A DNA stretch of 64,000 nucleotides from Candidatus Poriferihabitaceae bacterium (GCA_965206445.1 CBDBJR010000002.1:2488280-2552279), one strand, 5' to 3'; numbered from the stretch's first letter, positions 44,187-54,763 are shown. Made by a program: numbers and translations. Notes: generated by a model not told the origin, from the sequence alone.

Positions 44187-44497
44187 GTGTCTTCGATACC
44201 TATCACGCTTCGGCAGAGGAGATTGCCGGTGTCAAGCAAGCGCTCGACGCCGACGGCATCGCATACTACGAAACCCACAAAGGCATCTGGGGGGTCGGCT
44301 CGGCGGCCATCTGGTTGCCAGACGCCGGCGATTACCCGGCTGCGCGTCGGGCGATTGCCGAATTTCAACAGCAGTGGCGCCGTCAGGTGCGCGCGCACCC
44401 GCCACCGACCGGCATCTACTGGCCGCGGCTGCCGCTGCTGCTGCTGGTCGCCGGGCTGGTGCTGTATCTCAACCTGTATTGGTTTTTTATTGATTGA
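44177..44497 (+). CDS. DUF6164-like small membrane protein
   Basis: GIAYYETHKGIWGVGSAAIWL and a C-terminal TM helix. Confidence 0.7.
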   Translation: MSRRVFDTYHASAEEIAGVKQALDADGIAYYETHKGIWGVGSAAIWLPDAGDYPAARRAIAEFQQQWRRQVRAHPPPTGIYWPRLPLLLLVAGLVLYLNLYWFFID

Positions 44498-44514
44498 GCC
44501 TGCGGCCGGCGCAA

Positions 44515-44841
44515 TCAATCGCGCCGCCGCTCGGACGCCATGCCGCCCAGACAGGCGGGCGAGCTCAGCCGGGCCGGGTCGGTTTGCCGCCATTCGTCCG
44601 GCGTCAGCGTATGCAGGGCCAGCGCATGCACGCCGGCTGCGAGCTCGGCGGATAACAGCGCGTTTATCATGCGGTGCCGGGCCAGCAGGCCCTGCCCCAC
44701 AAACCGCTCCGACACGACGATGACCTTGAAATGCGACTCGGCGCCGGGCGCGACATTGTGCTGATTGCTTTCGTTGATTACCTGTACATGCGTCGGCGCC
44801 AGCTGGTTTAGTCTGGCGGCAATGCGAAGCTGGGTTGACAT
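44515..44841 (-). CDS. bolA: BolA-family protein
   Basis: NESNQH, SHFKVIVVS, RHRMI, GVHALAL, SPACLGG. Confidence 0.9.
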   Translation of the reverse strand: MSTQLRIAARLNQLAPTHVQVINESNQHNVAPGAESHFKVIVVSERFVGQGLLARHRMINALLSAELAAGVHALALHTLTPDEWRQTDPARLSSPACLGGMASERRRD

Positions 44842-44947
44842 GGCAAAATGACCTGCGCGTTCGATATTGACAGTGCTCTGTAGCGTAAGCCCGGTCAACG
44901 TCGGTTTCAAGTGTTTTTAAGCGGCGCAGCGGTTGCCGCCGCCCGAA

Positions 44948-45886
44948 TCAGACCGGCGCCGGCGCCGGATGCACTGCGGTGCTGCGCCGGCGTGCGACCA
45001 GGGTTTCCCGGTGAATGGTATATAGGCCACTGCTCAGGATGATGCCGACGCCAAGCAGGGTCAGCCGACTGGGCACCTCAGACCAGACCAGATACCCCAA
45101 TATGCCGCCGAGCACAATCGACAGATATTTGAGCGGCGAAATCAGGCCGACCTCGGCATAGCGAAAACTCTGCGTCATCGCGTATTGTGCGATGCCGCCC
45201 ACCAGCCCGACGCCCATCAACAGCAGCAGACCGAACCGGTCGGGCGTTTTCCAGCCAAGCAGCCAGCAGGCCGTACCGGCCAGCACAACACCGCTGGCGG
45301 TAAAATAAAACGTAATGCTGACCGGGTGTTCGGTGCGGCTCAATTTGCGAATCAGATTGGTTGTCAGGCCGACCAGTATCGCCGCCGCCAACATATAGAC
45401 CCCGCCTTGACTAAACACCTCACCCCCCGGCCGGGCGACGATCAACGCGCCCATCAACCCGGCCAGCACCGCGCTCCAGCGTCTGACGCCGACCCGTTCG
45501 CCCAGCAGGGGAACGGAAAATGCCACGGCCAGCAACGGGGCGGTATAAAAAACCGAGGCGGCGTCGGCCAGCTGCATCACGGAAAAGCCGTGAAAGGCGC
45601 ACCCCATGGCGCTGACGCCGAGCAGTGAGCGCAGCAGGTGCAGGCCCGGCCGGCGGCTTTTCAGGACCGGGAGGCCGCCCGCCTGGTGCAAAAACACCAG
45701 AATCGGCAGTAGCGCCACGGTACAGCGAAAAAACATGATTTGCTGTACCGGATAATCCGCACCCAGCCATTTCACGCCCGCATCCATCAGCGAAAACAGC
45801 ATAATCGCCCACAATGCGGCGGCCACGCCGAGCGCCGGATTATCATGCGACCAGGCCGGTACGGCCGAAGGGGAGGTAATCGTCAT
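44948..45886 (-). CDS. DMT/EamA-family transporter
   Basis: About 10 TM segments, LLGERVGVRRW, IVARPG. Confidence 0.9.
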   Translation of the reverse strand: MTITSPSAVPAWSHDNPALGVAAALWAIMLFSLMDAGVKWLGADYPVQQIMFFRCTVALLPILVFLHQAGGLPVLKSRRPGLHLLRSLLGVSAMGCAFHGFSVMQLADAASVFYTAPLLAVAFSVPLLGERVGVRRWSAVLAGLMGALIVARPGGEVFSQGGVYMLAAAILVGLTTNLIRKLSRTEHPVSITFYFTASGVVLAGTACWLLGWKTPDRFGLLLLMGVGLVGGIAQYAMTQSFRYAEVGLISPLKYLSIVLGGILGYLVWSEVPSRLTLLGVGIILSSGLYTIHRETLVARRRSTAVHPAPAPV

Positions 45887-46122
45887 TGTTTAACGCCGCA
45901 AAGCGGCACCATTATGCCTGTTTTTCACGCTGGAACCGGCCGCCGGCGGGCAGCAAAGACCCCGGCTGGTGTACCACCCCGCAGAGTTAACCAATCAGTA
46001 TCCGCTATCGCCCGCCAGCGGTCAAGCGCAGGTACCGGGCTGGCGCCGCGCCGCTGCGGCCTGCAAACTCCGATACAATTCGGCTTCCAACAACTGCCGC
46101 AGTGCCAAAGGTATTGGACTCA

Positions 46123-46190
46123 TACATTTACTGTACTTTTACATTTACCGTACTTTTACATTTACCGTACTTTTACATTTACTGTACTTT
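46123..46190. repeat. 17-bp tandem repeat TACATTTACYGTACTTT x4
   Basis: Copies at 46123, 46140, 46157 and 46174 in a divergent promoter region. Confidence 0.92.
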
Positions 46191-46268
46191 GATGCGATTT
46201 TTTGTCATCATTCGCACTGGAAAAATATCTTTCAACCGTACACACACTCATCTTATAGGCCAAACGAC

Positions 46269-47456
46269 ATGTTTCAACAATTCGAACCCACGCCGGAAGA
46301 CCCGATTATCAAGCTGATTGGGCTGTGCCGGGCCGACCCGCGGGAGCATAAAATCGACGTCGGGGTGGGCGTATTCAAAGACGCCAACGGCCACACGCCG
46401 ATTATGCGCGCGGTCAAACAGGCCGAGGCCGCGCTGCATCAGCAGCAACAATCCAAAGCCTATGTCGGTCTGGCGGGGGATGAAAAGTTCAACGCGGCGA
46501 TGGCCGGGCTGGTGTTTGGCGATAGCCGGTCCATCGATCGCGTTCGCGCCGTGCAGGCGCCCGGCGGGTGCGGGGCGCTGAGTCTGCTGTTCGGTCTGCT
46601 GGCGCGCATCGCCGAGGGCAAGACCTGCTGGGTAAGCGATCCGACCTGGGGCAACCATTATCCGATTTTGCGCCAGAGCCGATTCAAGGTGGACACCTAT
46701 CCGTATTTCAATCGGCAGAGCAAAACCGTTGATGAGGAGGCGGTGCTGGCCGGGCTCAGCCGCCTGGGCAAGCAGGACATCGTGCTGCTGCACGCCTGCT
46801 GCCACAACCCCACCGGCGCCGAACTGAGCCCGGCGGCATGGGACGAGATCGCCCGCCTCAGCGCCAAAAACGGCTTTCTGCCCTTTTTCGATCTGGCCTA
46901 TCAGGGTTTCGGCGACGACTTGCAGCAGGACGTCTACAGCATCCGCAAAATGGCCGAATCGGTCGAGTCGATGCTGGTCGCCACCTCCTGTTCCAAAAAC
47001 TTCGGCCTGTATCGCGACCGGGTGGGCTGCGCGATGCTCATGGCCAACACGCCGACAGCGGCCGACATTACCCGCACGCATACGCTCAGCGTTGCCCGCA
47101 GCGTCTACTCCATGCCGCCCGATCATGGCGCCGCCATCGTCGGCATGATTTTGAATGACGCCGCTTTGCGGGCCGAATGGGAGGGCGAGCTGACCGAGAT
47201 GCGCCAGCGCATATTGACGCTGCGCCAACAGCTGAGCGATCGGTTGCGGGACAAAACCGGCGATTCGAAATGGGATTTTATTGCCGACCACCGTGGCATG
47301 TTCTCCACGCTGATGCTGGAGCAGGAGCAGACAAAACGGCTGATCGACGAGTACGCGATTTATGTGGTGACCGGCGGGCGCATCAATATTGCCGGGCTGC
47401 GCAACGACCGACAGCTAAACCGTTTTGCCGACGCCCTGCTGACCGTTACCGGTTGA
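46269..47456 (+). CDS. Aspartate/aromatic amino acid aminotransferase (AspC/TyrB family)
   Basis: DPIIKL, PTWGNH, HACCHNPTG, DLAYQGFG, SCSKNFGLYRDR. Confidence 0.93.
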   Translation: MFQQFEPTPEDPIIKLIGLCRADPREHKIDVGVGVFKDANGHTPIMRAVKQAEAALHQQQQSKAYVGLAGDEKFNAAMAGLVFGDSRSIDRVRAVQAPGGCGALSLLFGLLARIAEGKTCWVSDPTWGNHYPILRQSRFKVDTYPYFNRQSKTVDEEAVLAGLSRLGKQDIVLLHACCHNPTGAELSPAAWDEIARLSAKNGFLPFFDLAYQGFGDDLQQDVYSIRKMAESVESMLVATSCSKNFGLYRDRVGCAMLMANTPTAADITRTHTLSVARSVYSMPPDHGAAIVGMILNDAALRAEWEGELTEMRQRILTLRQQLSDRLRDKTGDSKWDFIADHRGMFSTLMLEQEQTKRLIDEYAIYVVTGGRINIAGLRNDRQLNRFADALLTVTG

Positions 47457-47516
47457 GTCGCCGATATTCGCCATCGCCGACCCCAGCAACCCTTAGCCAT
47501 CGCGGAAGATCAGCCA

Positions 47517-47849
47517 GTGGCCACTCTAATCAAAAACGCGAAATTTCAAATCGGTCAAATCGTACGCCATAAAATACATGATTTTCGGGGCCTCATCTAT
47601 GATATCGACCCCGAATTCAACAATACCGAAGAGTGGTACCTGTCGATTCCGGAAAAACTGCGGCCAGCCAAAAAGCAGCCGTTTTATTATCTGTTTGCGG
47701 AAAATGCCGAAAACCGGTATGAAGCCTACGTGTCGGAGCAGAATCTGATAGAGGATAGTTCAGGCGAGCCGCTGCATCACCCAAAAATCGACACCCTGTT
47801 CGTCCGTGAACCCAGCGGGGTCTACCGGGTAAAAAAGGGTTCAAACTGA
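47517..47849 (+). CDS. hspQ: Heat shock protein HspQ (YccV-like)
   Basis: AKFQIGQIVRH, DIDPEF, QPFY, AYVSEQNL. Confidence 0.88.
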   Translation: MATLIKNAKFQIGQIVRHKIHDFRGLIYDIDPEFNNTEEWYLSIPEKLRPAKKQPFYYLFAENAENRYEAYVSEQNLIEDSSGEPLHHPKIDTLFVREPSGVYRVKKGSN

Positions 47850-48059
47850 CCCGCACGACGGCGCCAACAGCCGATTGACAACCAACCCGATCTGACCATC
47901 ACACCGGATAACCCCCGCTAACCGGCCGACGCCGACGGCAATCGGCGGGGCGGGGAGCCGGTGGCCTGATCGCCGCCCCGTTGACGCCGTCAACCCGACT
48001 GCGAATGGTGCATACTATACCGACCCGATACGATTCCCCGACGACATTTTAAGCAGCAG

Positions 48060-49577
48060 ATGGAGAGCGCCGATACCATATTGAAAGCGATTTTGAACGC
48101 GCGCGTCTATGAGGTCGCGCGCGAGACGGCGCTTGACCGGGCCCGGCTGCTGTCCGACCGGCTGGACAATCACATTTGGATAAAACGCGAAGATCAGCAA
48201 TCGATTTTCTGCTACAAAATTCGCGGCGCCTACAACAAAATGGCGCAATTGAGCACCGCCGAGCGAAAACGCGGCGTGGTGGTCGCGTCTGCCGGCAACC
48301 ACGCCCAGGGCGTCGCGATGAGCGCGCATCGACTCGGCTGCACCGCGATTGTGGTGATGCCGGTGACGACCCCGACGGTCAAGCTCGAGGCGGTTAAACG
48401 CTGGGGCGCACGGGTTGAGCTGGTCGGCGACAGCTTTGATGAGGCCTACGAATTTGCGGTCGAGATAGGCCACCGCGGTCGGCATATATTTGTGCACCCG
48501 TTCGACGACCCGGCCATCATTGCCGGCCAGGGCACGGTCGGACAGGAAATATTGAAACAGCATCGCGGCATCTTGCACGCGGTCTTCATTCCGGTCGGCG
48601 GCGGCGGTTTGATCGCCGGCGTCGCGGCCTACATCAAACAGATTCGCCCCGAGGTCAAAATTATCGGGGTGGAGCCGGTCGAATCCGACGCCATGCGCCA
48701 GTCGCTGGCCGCCGGTCGGCGGATCCGGCTTCGGCGGGTGGGTATTTTTGCCGACGGCGTGGCGGTCAAGCAGGTGGGCCGGCTGAATTTCAAGTTGTGC
48801 CGGCAGTTTGTCGATGCCATGGTCACGGTGTCGACCGATGAGATTTGTGCCGCGATCAAGGACGTCTGTGAAGATACCCGCACGCTGCTCGAGCCTTCCG
48901 GCGCCCTCGGCATCGCCGGTCTGAAAAAATGGCTGCACGGCAACCGTGTGAGCGGGCAGAATCTGGTTGCCATCGCTTCCGGGGCGAACATGAATTTCGA
49001 CCGCCTGCGCCATGTTTCAGAGCGCGCCGAGATCGGCGAAAAGCGGGAGGCCATTCTGGCGGTGACAATCCCGGAAAAACCGGGCAGCTATCGGCGCTTT
49101 ATCGGTGCGCTCGGCAACCGCAGCGTTTCCGAGTTTAATTATCGCTATTCGGGCACCGAGCAGGCGCATATTTTTGTCGGGGTGCAGATTAGCCATGCCG
49201 AAGAAATCGGGCGGCTGATTGCGCGGCTGGAAAAAGGCGGCTACAAAACCGTCGATCTGACCGACAACGAGATCGCGAAAATTCACGCCCGTCATCTGGT
49301 TGGCGGGCGGGCGGCGGGCCTGGAGCACGAGCGGTTGTTCAGCTTTGAATTCCCGGAAAAACCCGGGGCATTGAAAAATTTTCTCGATCAAATCGGCAGC
49401 ACCTGGAACATTACGCTGTTCCATTACCGCAACCACGGCTCTGATTTTGGCCGGGTGCTGTGCGGCATACAGGTGCCGGTCGGGCTGCGCAGCCGGTTCG
49501 ACCGCTTCCTCAAGCAATTGAGCTATCCCCACCATGAAGAAACCGAGAACCCGGTGTACACACTCTTTTTGTCCTGA
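48060..49577 (+). CDS. ilvA: Threonine ammonia-lyase, biosynthetic
   Basis: KIRGAYNK, SAGNHAQG, VGGGGL, SGANMNF, two regulatory domains, FHYRNHG. Confidence 0.95.
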   Translation: MESADTILKAILNARVYEVARETALDRARLLSDRLDNHIWIKREDQQSIFCYKIRGAYNKMAQLSTAERKRGVVVASAGNHAQGVAMSAHRLGCTAIVVMPVTTPTVKLEAVKRWGARVELVGDSFDEAYEFAVEIGHRGRHIFVHPFDDPAIIAGQGTVGQEILKQHRGILHAVFIPVGGGGLIAGVAAYIKQIRPEVKIIGVEPVESDAMRQSLAAGRRIRLRRVGIFADGVAVKQVGRLNFKLCRQFVDAMVTVSTDEICAAIKDVCEDTRTLLEPSGALGIAGLKKWLHGNRVSGQNLVAIASGANMNFDRLRHVSERAEIGEKREAILAVTIPEKPGSYRRFIGALGNRSVSEFNYRYSGTEQAHIFVGVQISHAEEIGRLIARLEKGGYKTVDLTDNEIAKIHARHLVGGRAAGLEHERLFSFEFPEKPGALKNFLDQIGSTWNITLFHYRNHGSDFGRVLCGIQVPVGLRSRFDRFLKQLSYPHHEETENPVYTLFLS

Positions 49578-49603
49578 CGCGCGCGCCGCCCGGATGAGCC
49601 GCA

Positions 49604-50482
49604 GTGGGTTTGGTTTGTCAGTGCGGCCAACAGACGCACGCGCCGGTGCGGCCGCTGAGTAATCGCCTCGCCTGCTATCCGGCGGACTGGCCGCTGCGGC
49701 GCATGCCGCCGTGCTTGTCGGCGCGGCAAATACACCTGTGCGTCGTCGATCTGTCTTTGCTGCTGCCGGCCTCCGCGGAGCTGACCGCGGCCGAACACCG
49801 CCGCGCCGCGCGGTATCGCAACCCGCAACAGCGGGCATTGTATCTCGGCGGGCGCATCGGCCTGCGCCGGCTGCTGCGCCACTACAGCGGCATCGACAAT
49901 CACCGCCTGGATTTTGTCTATGGCGCGCGCGGCAAGCCCCGACTGAATGCCCGCCTGACGCGCGGACAACTGGATTTCAATTATGCGTTGTCGCGCACAA
50001 CCGGCCTGTATGCGTTTGCCTGGAACCGCCGGCTTGGCGTCGATCTGGAGACCTTTCCACGCGCGCTCGGGGCCGACAGAATGGCGCAGCGCAAGCTGAG
50101 CGAAGAGGAGCGTCGGGCGTGGTATGCCCTGCCCGCCCGGGCCCGGCCGCAGGCCATGCTCAGCTGCTGGACGCGCAAGGAAGCCTATGGCAAAACACTC
50201 GGGGTCGGGATTCGCTACCACTTACAGCGGGTGGAGTTGTTTCGTGACCTGCACCGCTATCAATGGCAGACCCGGGTTGCCGGGCTGTTCGAGCACGCGG
50301 GCGATCGGTCGCTGCCGGAGGTGGTGCACGGCTTGCAGCTGCGGCTGCCGTTCGCCGGCGCCGCGGCGATGATGTATGACGGTGAGCCGATAACCGACCT
50401 CAGCCGCGAACTGGTGACCTATACGTATGCGAGCGGGCGCTCTGTTCACGCTGCGGGTGGCATCGCCGACGCCGACCACTAA
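49604..50482 (+). CDS. Sfp-type 4'-phosphopantetheinyl transferase (start uncertain)
   Basis: GKPRL, FNYALS, LGVDLE, WTRKEAYGK. Confidence 0.85.
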   Translation: MGLVCQCGQQTHAPVRPLSNRLACYPADWPLRRMPPCLSARQIHLCVVDLSLLLPASAELTAAEHRRAARYRNPQQRALYLGGRIGLRRLLRHYSGIDNHRLDFVYGARGKPRLNARLTRGQLDFNYALSRTTGLYAFAWNRRLGVDLETFPRALGADRMAQRKLSEEERRAWYALPARARPQAMLSCWTRKEAYGKTLGVGIRYHLQRVELFRDLHRYQWQTRVAGLFEHAGDRSLPEVVHGLQLRLPFAGAAAMMYDGEPITDLSRELVTYTYASGRSVHAAGGIADADH

Positions 50483-50560
50483 CGGCGGCCTGATGCATCG
50501 GCCCATGTGCGGATGCGACGCGCTCCTGTGTGCGCACCGGATGCCAGCCGGCGCGGCGGC

Positions 50561-51679
50561 TCAATTCGGCTCGGGTGCCAGCGTCATACGGCAGTCCCTG
50601 CCAATCATCCGGACATCGACATAGCGCAGCCGGGTTTTGTTTTCCATCGCCGTCACCCCGGGCAGCCGGAACATGCCGTGCGCATCACTGCCGAGCAGGT
50701 CCGGCGACTGATACACCACGACTTCATTTACCCAGCCCTGGCGCAGCATCGCACCGCTTAGCGTGGCGCCCGCTTCGAGCATGAGATCGTTGATTGCGCG
50801 CCGGCCCAGCTCCCGCATCACCCTGCCGAGATCAAGGCCGTCCGGATGCGCGGCAATGCGCATGATTTCAACGTTGCCATAGCGGTAATCCCGCAGCCGG
50901 CTGGCAGGCACCTCCGCTTCGCCGGCAACCAGCAGCAGCACCTCTCCGGGCGCATGCAAGATACGCGCCTGCGGCGGGGTGCGCAAATGCCGGTCCAGGA
51001 TAACCCGCAGCGGCTGTCGAACCACGCCCTCGAGTCTTGCCGTCATCTGCGGGTCGTCGCACAGCACGGTGCCGATACCGGTCATGATCGCCGCGCTGCC
51101 GGCACGCAGTTTGTGCGCATCCTGTCTGGCGGGTGGTGCGGTAATCCAGCGACTGTTGCCGTTACGGAGTGCGGTTTTGCCATCCAGACTGACCGCCGTT
51201 TTCAACACCACCCACGGCACGCCACAGGCCAGGCGATGAAAGAATCCGCGATTCAACCGTTGCGCGTCAGCGCGGCAGACACCGACGCTGACCTCAATCC
51301 CGGCCTGCTGCAACTCGGCAATCCCGCGACGATTGACCTGCGGGCTTGGATCTTCTACCGCGATCACAACCCGGGCGACACCGGCCTTGATCAACGCCCG
51401 GCTGCACGGCGGCGTACGGCCATGGTGACAACAGGGCTCCAGCGTGACGTAGACGGTCGCCCCGTCGGCGTCGCGGCCGGCCTGCTGCAACGCGATTATT
51501 TCGGCGTGCGCCTGACCCGCCTGTTGATGCCAGCCTGTACCGATGATCTTTCCCCGCCGGACAATCACACAGCCGACGCGCGGATTGGGCGGCGTGGTAT
51601 ACCAGCCACGGCGCGCCAGTTTGAGCGCGCGCGCCATCAACCGACCGTCCTCTGTCGCTCGCTCGGACTGCACGGTCAA
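50561..51679 (-). CDS. ribD: Riboflavin biosynthesis deaminase/reductase
   Basis: PNPRVGCV, HAE, LEPCCHHGRTPPC, SLDGK, EAGATL. Confidence 0.95.
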   Translation of the reverse strand: MTVQSERATEDGRLMARALKLARRGWYTTPPNPRVGCVIVRRGKIIGTGWHQQAGQAHAEIIALQQAGRDADGATVYVTLEPCCHHGRTPPCSRALIKAGVARVVIAVEDPSPQVNRRGIAELQQAGIEVSVGVCRADAQRLNRGFFHRLACGVPWVVLKTAVSLDGKTALRNGNSRWITAPPARQDAHKLRAGSAAIMTGIGTVLCDDPQMTARLEGVVRQPLRVILDRHLRTPPQARILHAPGEVLLLVAGEAEVPASRLRDYRYGNVEIMRIAAHPDGLDLGRVMRELGRRAINDLMLEAGATLSGAMLRQGWVNEVVVYQSPDLLGSDAHGMFRLPGVTAMENKTRLRYVDVRMIGRDCRMTLAPEPN

Positions 51680-51711
51680 ACCCGACGCGCTATGCCGGCA
51701 TCAAGGCCGGA

Positions 51712-52755
51712 TCAGGGCAGCTCGGCCTCCGCTTCGGCGCCTTCTTTGACCACCGGCAGCATATCCGCACGGGTGACGCCGAGCATCAGCACGGCCGGAC
51801 TGGCGACAAAAATCGACGAGTAGGTACCGACCAGAACCCCGACCAACAGCGCAATAGAAAAGCCGCGAATCACTTCACCGCCAAAGATCAACAGGCTAAG
51901 CACAACCATCAACGTCGTCAGCGAGGTCAATACGGTGCGCGGCAACGTCTGGTTGATCGAATTGTTTAACACGGTAATGACTTCACTCTTGCGCATTTTA
52001 CGGAAGTTCTCGCGGATGCGATCAAACACCACGATGGTGTCGTTGAGCGAATAGCCGATGACCGCCAATAGCGCCGCCAATACCGCCAGTGAAAATTCAA
52101 ACTGAAACAGCGAAAACGCACCCACGGTGATAGTAATGTCGTGCACCAGCGCGACAATAGAGCCGATCGCAAACTGCCAGCGGAACCGCAGCGTAATGTA
52201 GATCAAAATCCCGGCCAGCGCGTACAGCATCGCCAGCCCGCCTTTATTGGTCAACTCATCGCCCACCTGCGGGCCGACAAATTCCACGCGGCGCACCTGC
52301 ACGGTGCAGGTCTGCGTACGCTGCTCGACCGTGCATTGCTGATCGCCGGGTTTGGCATCGACGCTTTCCAGCGGGGTTTCATTCTCCGATTGATGCAATA
52401 CGTCCATCACGCTATTGCTCAGCTGCGCCGAGGTAACCGGTCGGGCTGGCGCCTCACCGAGGTCGGGTTGAGAGCGGGTCGGCAGGCGTACCAATATGTC
52501 TTTGGCGGTGCCAAAATGCTGCACTACCGCGTCGCCGAATCCGGCCTGCGTCAACGACGACCGGATGCCTTCGATCTCGACCGGCTGCTGATACCGGATT
52601 TCCAATAACGTGCCGCCGGTAAAATCGATGCCAAAGTTCAACCCGCGCACAACCAGAGAAGCCAGGCTGGCGGTGATCAAGAGCACCGACAACACCAGCG
52701 CCGCTTGGCGCCGACCCAGAAAATCAATATTGGATTTACCGCTGATAATTTCCAC
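51712..52755 (-). CDS. secF: Protein translocase subunit SecF
   Basis: GIDFTGG, VGPQVG, IGYSLNDTIVVFDRIREN. Confidence 0.96.
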   Translation of the reverse strand: MEIISGKSNIDFLGRRQAALVLSVLLITASLASLVVRGLNFGIDFTGGTLLEIRYQQPVEIEGIRSSLTQAGFGDAVVQHFGTAKDILVRLPTRSQPDLGEAPARPVTSAQLSNSVMDVLHQSENETPLESVDAKPGDQQCTVEQRTQTCTVQVRRVEFVGPQVGDELTNKGGLAMLYALAGILIYITLRFRWQFAIGSIVALVHDITITVGAFSLFQFEFSLAVLAALLAVIGYSLNDTIVVFDRIRENFRKMRKSEVITVLNNSINQTLPRTVLTSLTTLMVVLSLLIFGGEVIRGFSIALLVGVLVGTYSSIFVASPAVLMLGVTRADMLPVVKEGAEAEAELP

Positions 52756-52766
52756 GTCGCCGTCCT

Positions 52767-54644
52767 TTAGATCGAAAGTTGTTTAACCGCTTTACCGCCA
52801 TACAGCCAGTTGATCAGGATCCGCGTGATCATAATCGCGGTAAACATGGAGGTTAAAATGCCAATGCTGAGGGTGACCGCAAAGCCCTTGATCGGGCCGG
52901 TGCCAAAATTAAACAGCACGAGCGCGGCAATCAACGTCGTCACGTTGGCATCGACAATCGTCCCCAGCGCCTTGTCGTAACCGAGATGGATGCTTGCCTG
53001 CGGTGAATTGCCGTTGCGAATTTCTTCGCGGATGCGCTCGAAAATCAACACGTTGGCGTCCACCGCCATGCCGACCGTCAGCACGATGCCGGCCACCCCC
53101 GGCAGCGTCAAGGTGGCCTGAAACATCGACAGCACGGCGACCACAAAGACCAGATTCAGCGACAATGCAACGTTGGCCGCAAACCCAAAGGCGCGGTAAT
53201 AGATCAGCATAAAAATCAGCACCAGGATAAAACCCGCCATCACGGAGGCAAACCCCTGGCTGATATTCGCCTGCCCGAGGCTGGGCCCGATAGTGCGCTC
53301 CTCGATGATTTCAATCGGTGCGGCCAGCGCGCCCGAACGCAGCATCAGCGCCAGATCGCGCGCCTCCTCAACCGAGCCGACACCCTCGATCTGAAACCGT
53401 TTGCCCAGCTGATCGCGTATCACCGGCGCGGTCAACACCTCTTCGATTTCCTGTCGAACGCGCACCGGCGAGCCCTGCTGATCGAGTACCACCTCACCGT
53501 CCGCGTCTTTTTTTATCTCCGAGGCGAGCTCGCGATACACCACCGCCATGCGCCGGTTGATATTCTGGCCGGTAATATCCTGGTTGATGCGCGCGCCGAC
53601 GGCGTCCAGGGTAATGCTGACGATAGGCGAGCCGGTCTGCGTATCCAGGCTGGCGGCGGCGTCAATAATATTGTCGCCGGAATAAATCGTGCGCGTCTTC
53701 AGCAGGACGCGGCGGCCGTCGCGAAAGCGAAACAATCGGGTGCCGGGCGGCGCCTGACCGCTCTGCTCGGCCTGCTGCGTGTGCTCCTCGTCCACCAGAT
53801 ACATCGTCAGTGTGGCGGCACGCCCCAAAATACGCTTGGCCCGCGCTGTATCCTGCACGCCGGGCAATTGGATAACGATGCGCTGATCGCCCTGCCGCTG
53901 CACCACCGGTTCGGCCACCCCGAGCTGATCGACCCGATTGCGCAAGGCGGTGATGTTTTGCTCCAGCGCAAACTCCTTGATCTCGTCAATCTGCGCCGGT
54001 GACAAATCGACCGTCACCGTATCGGGGGCGGTATCGGCAGCCGCTTCCAGCTCCGGCAGCCCCTGCGATAAAATACGCAGCGCCTCCGGCTTTTGTTCCG
54101 CATTGGACAGCACGACCGTTATCCCGACCGGCGACTCCCGCACGCTGCGATAGCGTATTTTGCTCTCGCGCAGCGCGTCTTTAATGTCATCCGCATAATT
54201 CTGGCGCGCCCGCTCAATCGCGCTTTGCATATCCACTTGCAGCAGAAAATGCGCACCGCCGCGCAGGTCGAGCCCCAGATGCATCGGGCTCGCCCCGGTC
54301 GCGCTCAGCCACGCGGGGGCGCCGGACAGCAGCGTAAACGCCGCAGTATAGCCGTTGCCCAGTTCGGCCTCGATCAGGTCACGCGCCTGCAGCTGGCTTT
54401 CGCCGTCATGGAAGCGAACATAAATACCCCGCTCATCCTGCACCAGAGATTTGCTGTCAATCGATTCGCTCGCCAGCAGCGCCTCCACCCGCTGCAGCAC
54501 GCTGCGGTCGACATCACCGCCGCGCACGCCGCGTATCTGAATGCCCGCATCGGTGCCGAAAACATTCGGCAGCGCATAAAACATGCCGCCGGCGCACAAC
54601 GCCGCAGCGACCAGGTACTTCCACCAAATGGTTCTATTCAACAT
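52767..54644 (-). CDS. secD: Protein translocase subunit SecD
   Basis: LGLDLRGG, LGVAEP, IGPSLG, GMAVDANVLIFERIREE. Confidence 0.96.
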   Translation of the reverse strand: MLNRTIWWKYLVAAALCAGGMFYALPNVFGTDAGIQIRGVRGGDVDRSVLQRVEALLASESIDSKSLVQDERGIYVRFHDGESQLQARDLIEAELGNGYTAAFTLLSGAPAWLSATGASPMHLGLDLRGGAHFLLQVDMQSAIERARQNYADDIKDALRESKIRYRSVRESPVGITVVLSNAEQKPEALRILSQGLPELEAAADTAPDTVTVDLSPAQIDEIKEFALEQNITALRNRVDQLGVAEPVVQRQGDQRIVIQLPGVQDTARAKRILGRAATLTMYLVDEEHTQQAEQSGQAPPGTRLFRFRDGRRVLLKTRTIYSGDNIIDAAASLDTQTGSPIVSITLDAVGARINQDITGQNINRRMAVVYRELASEIKKDADGEVVLDQQGSPVRVRQEIEEVLTAPVIRDQLGKRFQIEGVGSVEEARDLALMLRSGALAAPIEIIEERTIGPSLGQANISQGFASVMAGFILVLIFMLIYYRAFGFAANVALSLNLVFVVAVLSMFQATLTLPGVAGIVLTVGMAVDANVLIFERIREEIRNGNSPQASIHLGYDKALGTIVDANVTTLIAALVLFNFGTGPIKGFAVTLSIGILTSMFTAIMITRILINWLYGGKAVKQLSI

Positions 54645-54763
54645 GCTCGGTTCAATTTATGCTCACAATGGCAGGCCGGGCGCCGACGGCGACCGGGTCG
54701 GCAGCACCCCAACCGATCGCAGGCCCGCCTGCACAGGCGCGAATCGGCCGCTGCCGGCCAGGG

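Noticed and set aside
46123-46190. Plasmid iterons or replication origin
   Set aside because: There is no rep gene or DnaA-box cluster, and the flanks are ordinary chromosomal genes.
45969-46268. 100-aa N-terminal extension of the aminotransferase
   Set aside because: It runs through the 17-bp repeat, and the family-typical start MFQQFEPTPEDPI is at 46269.
49604-50482. NRPS/PKS biosynthetic cluster around the Sfp-type PPTase
   Set aside because: No carrier-protein, NRPS or PKS genes are in the window.
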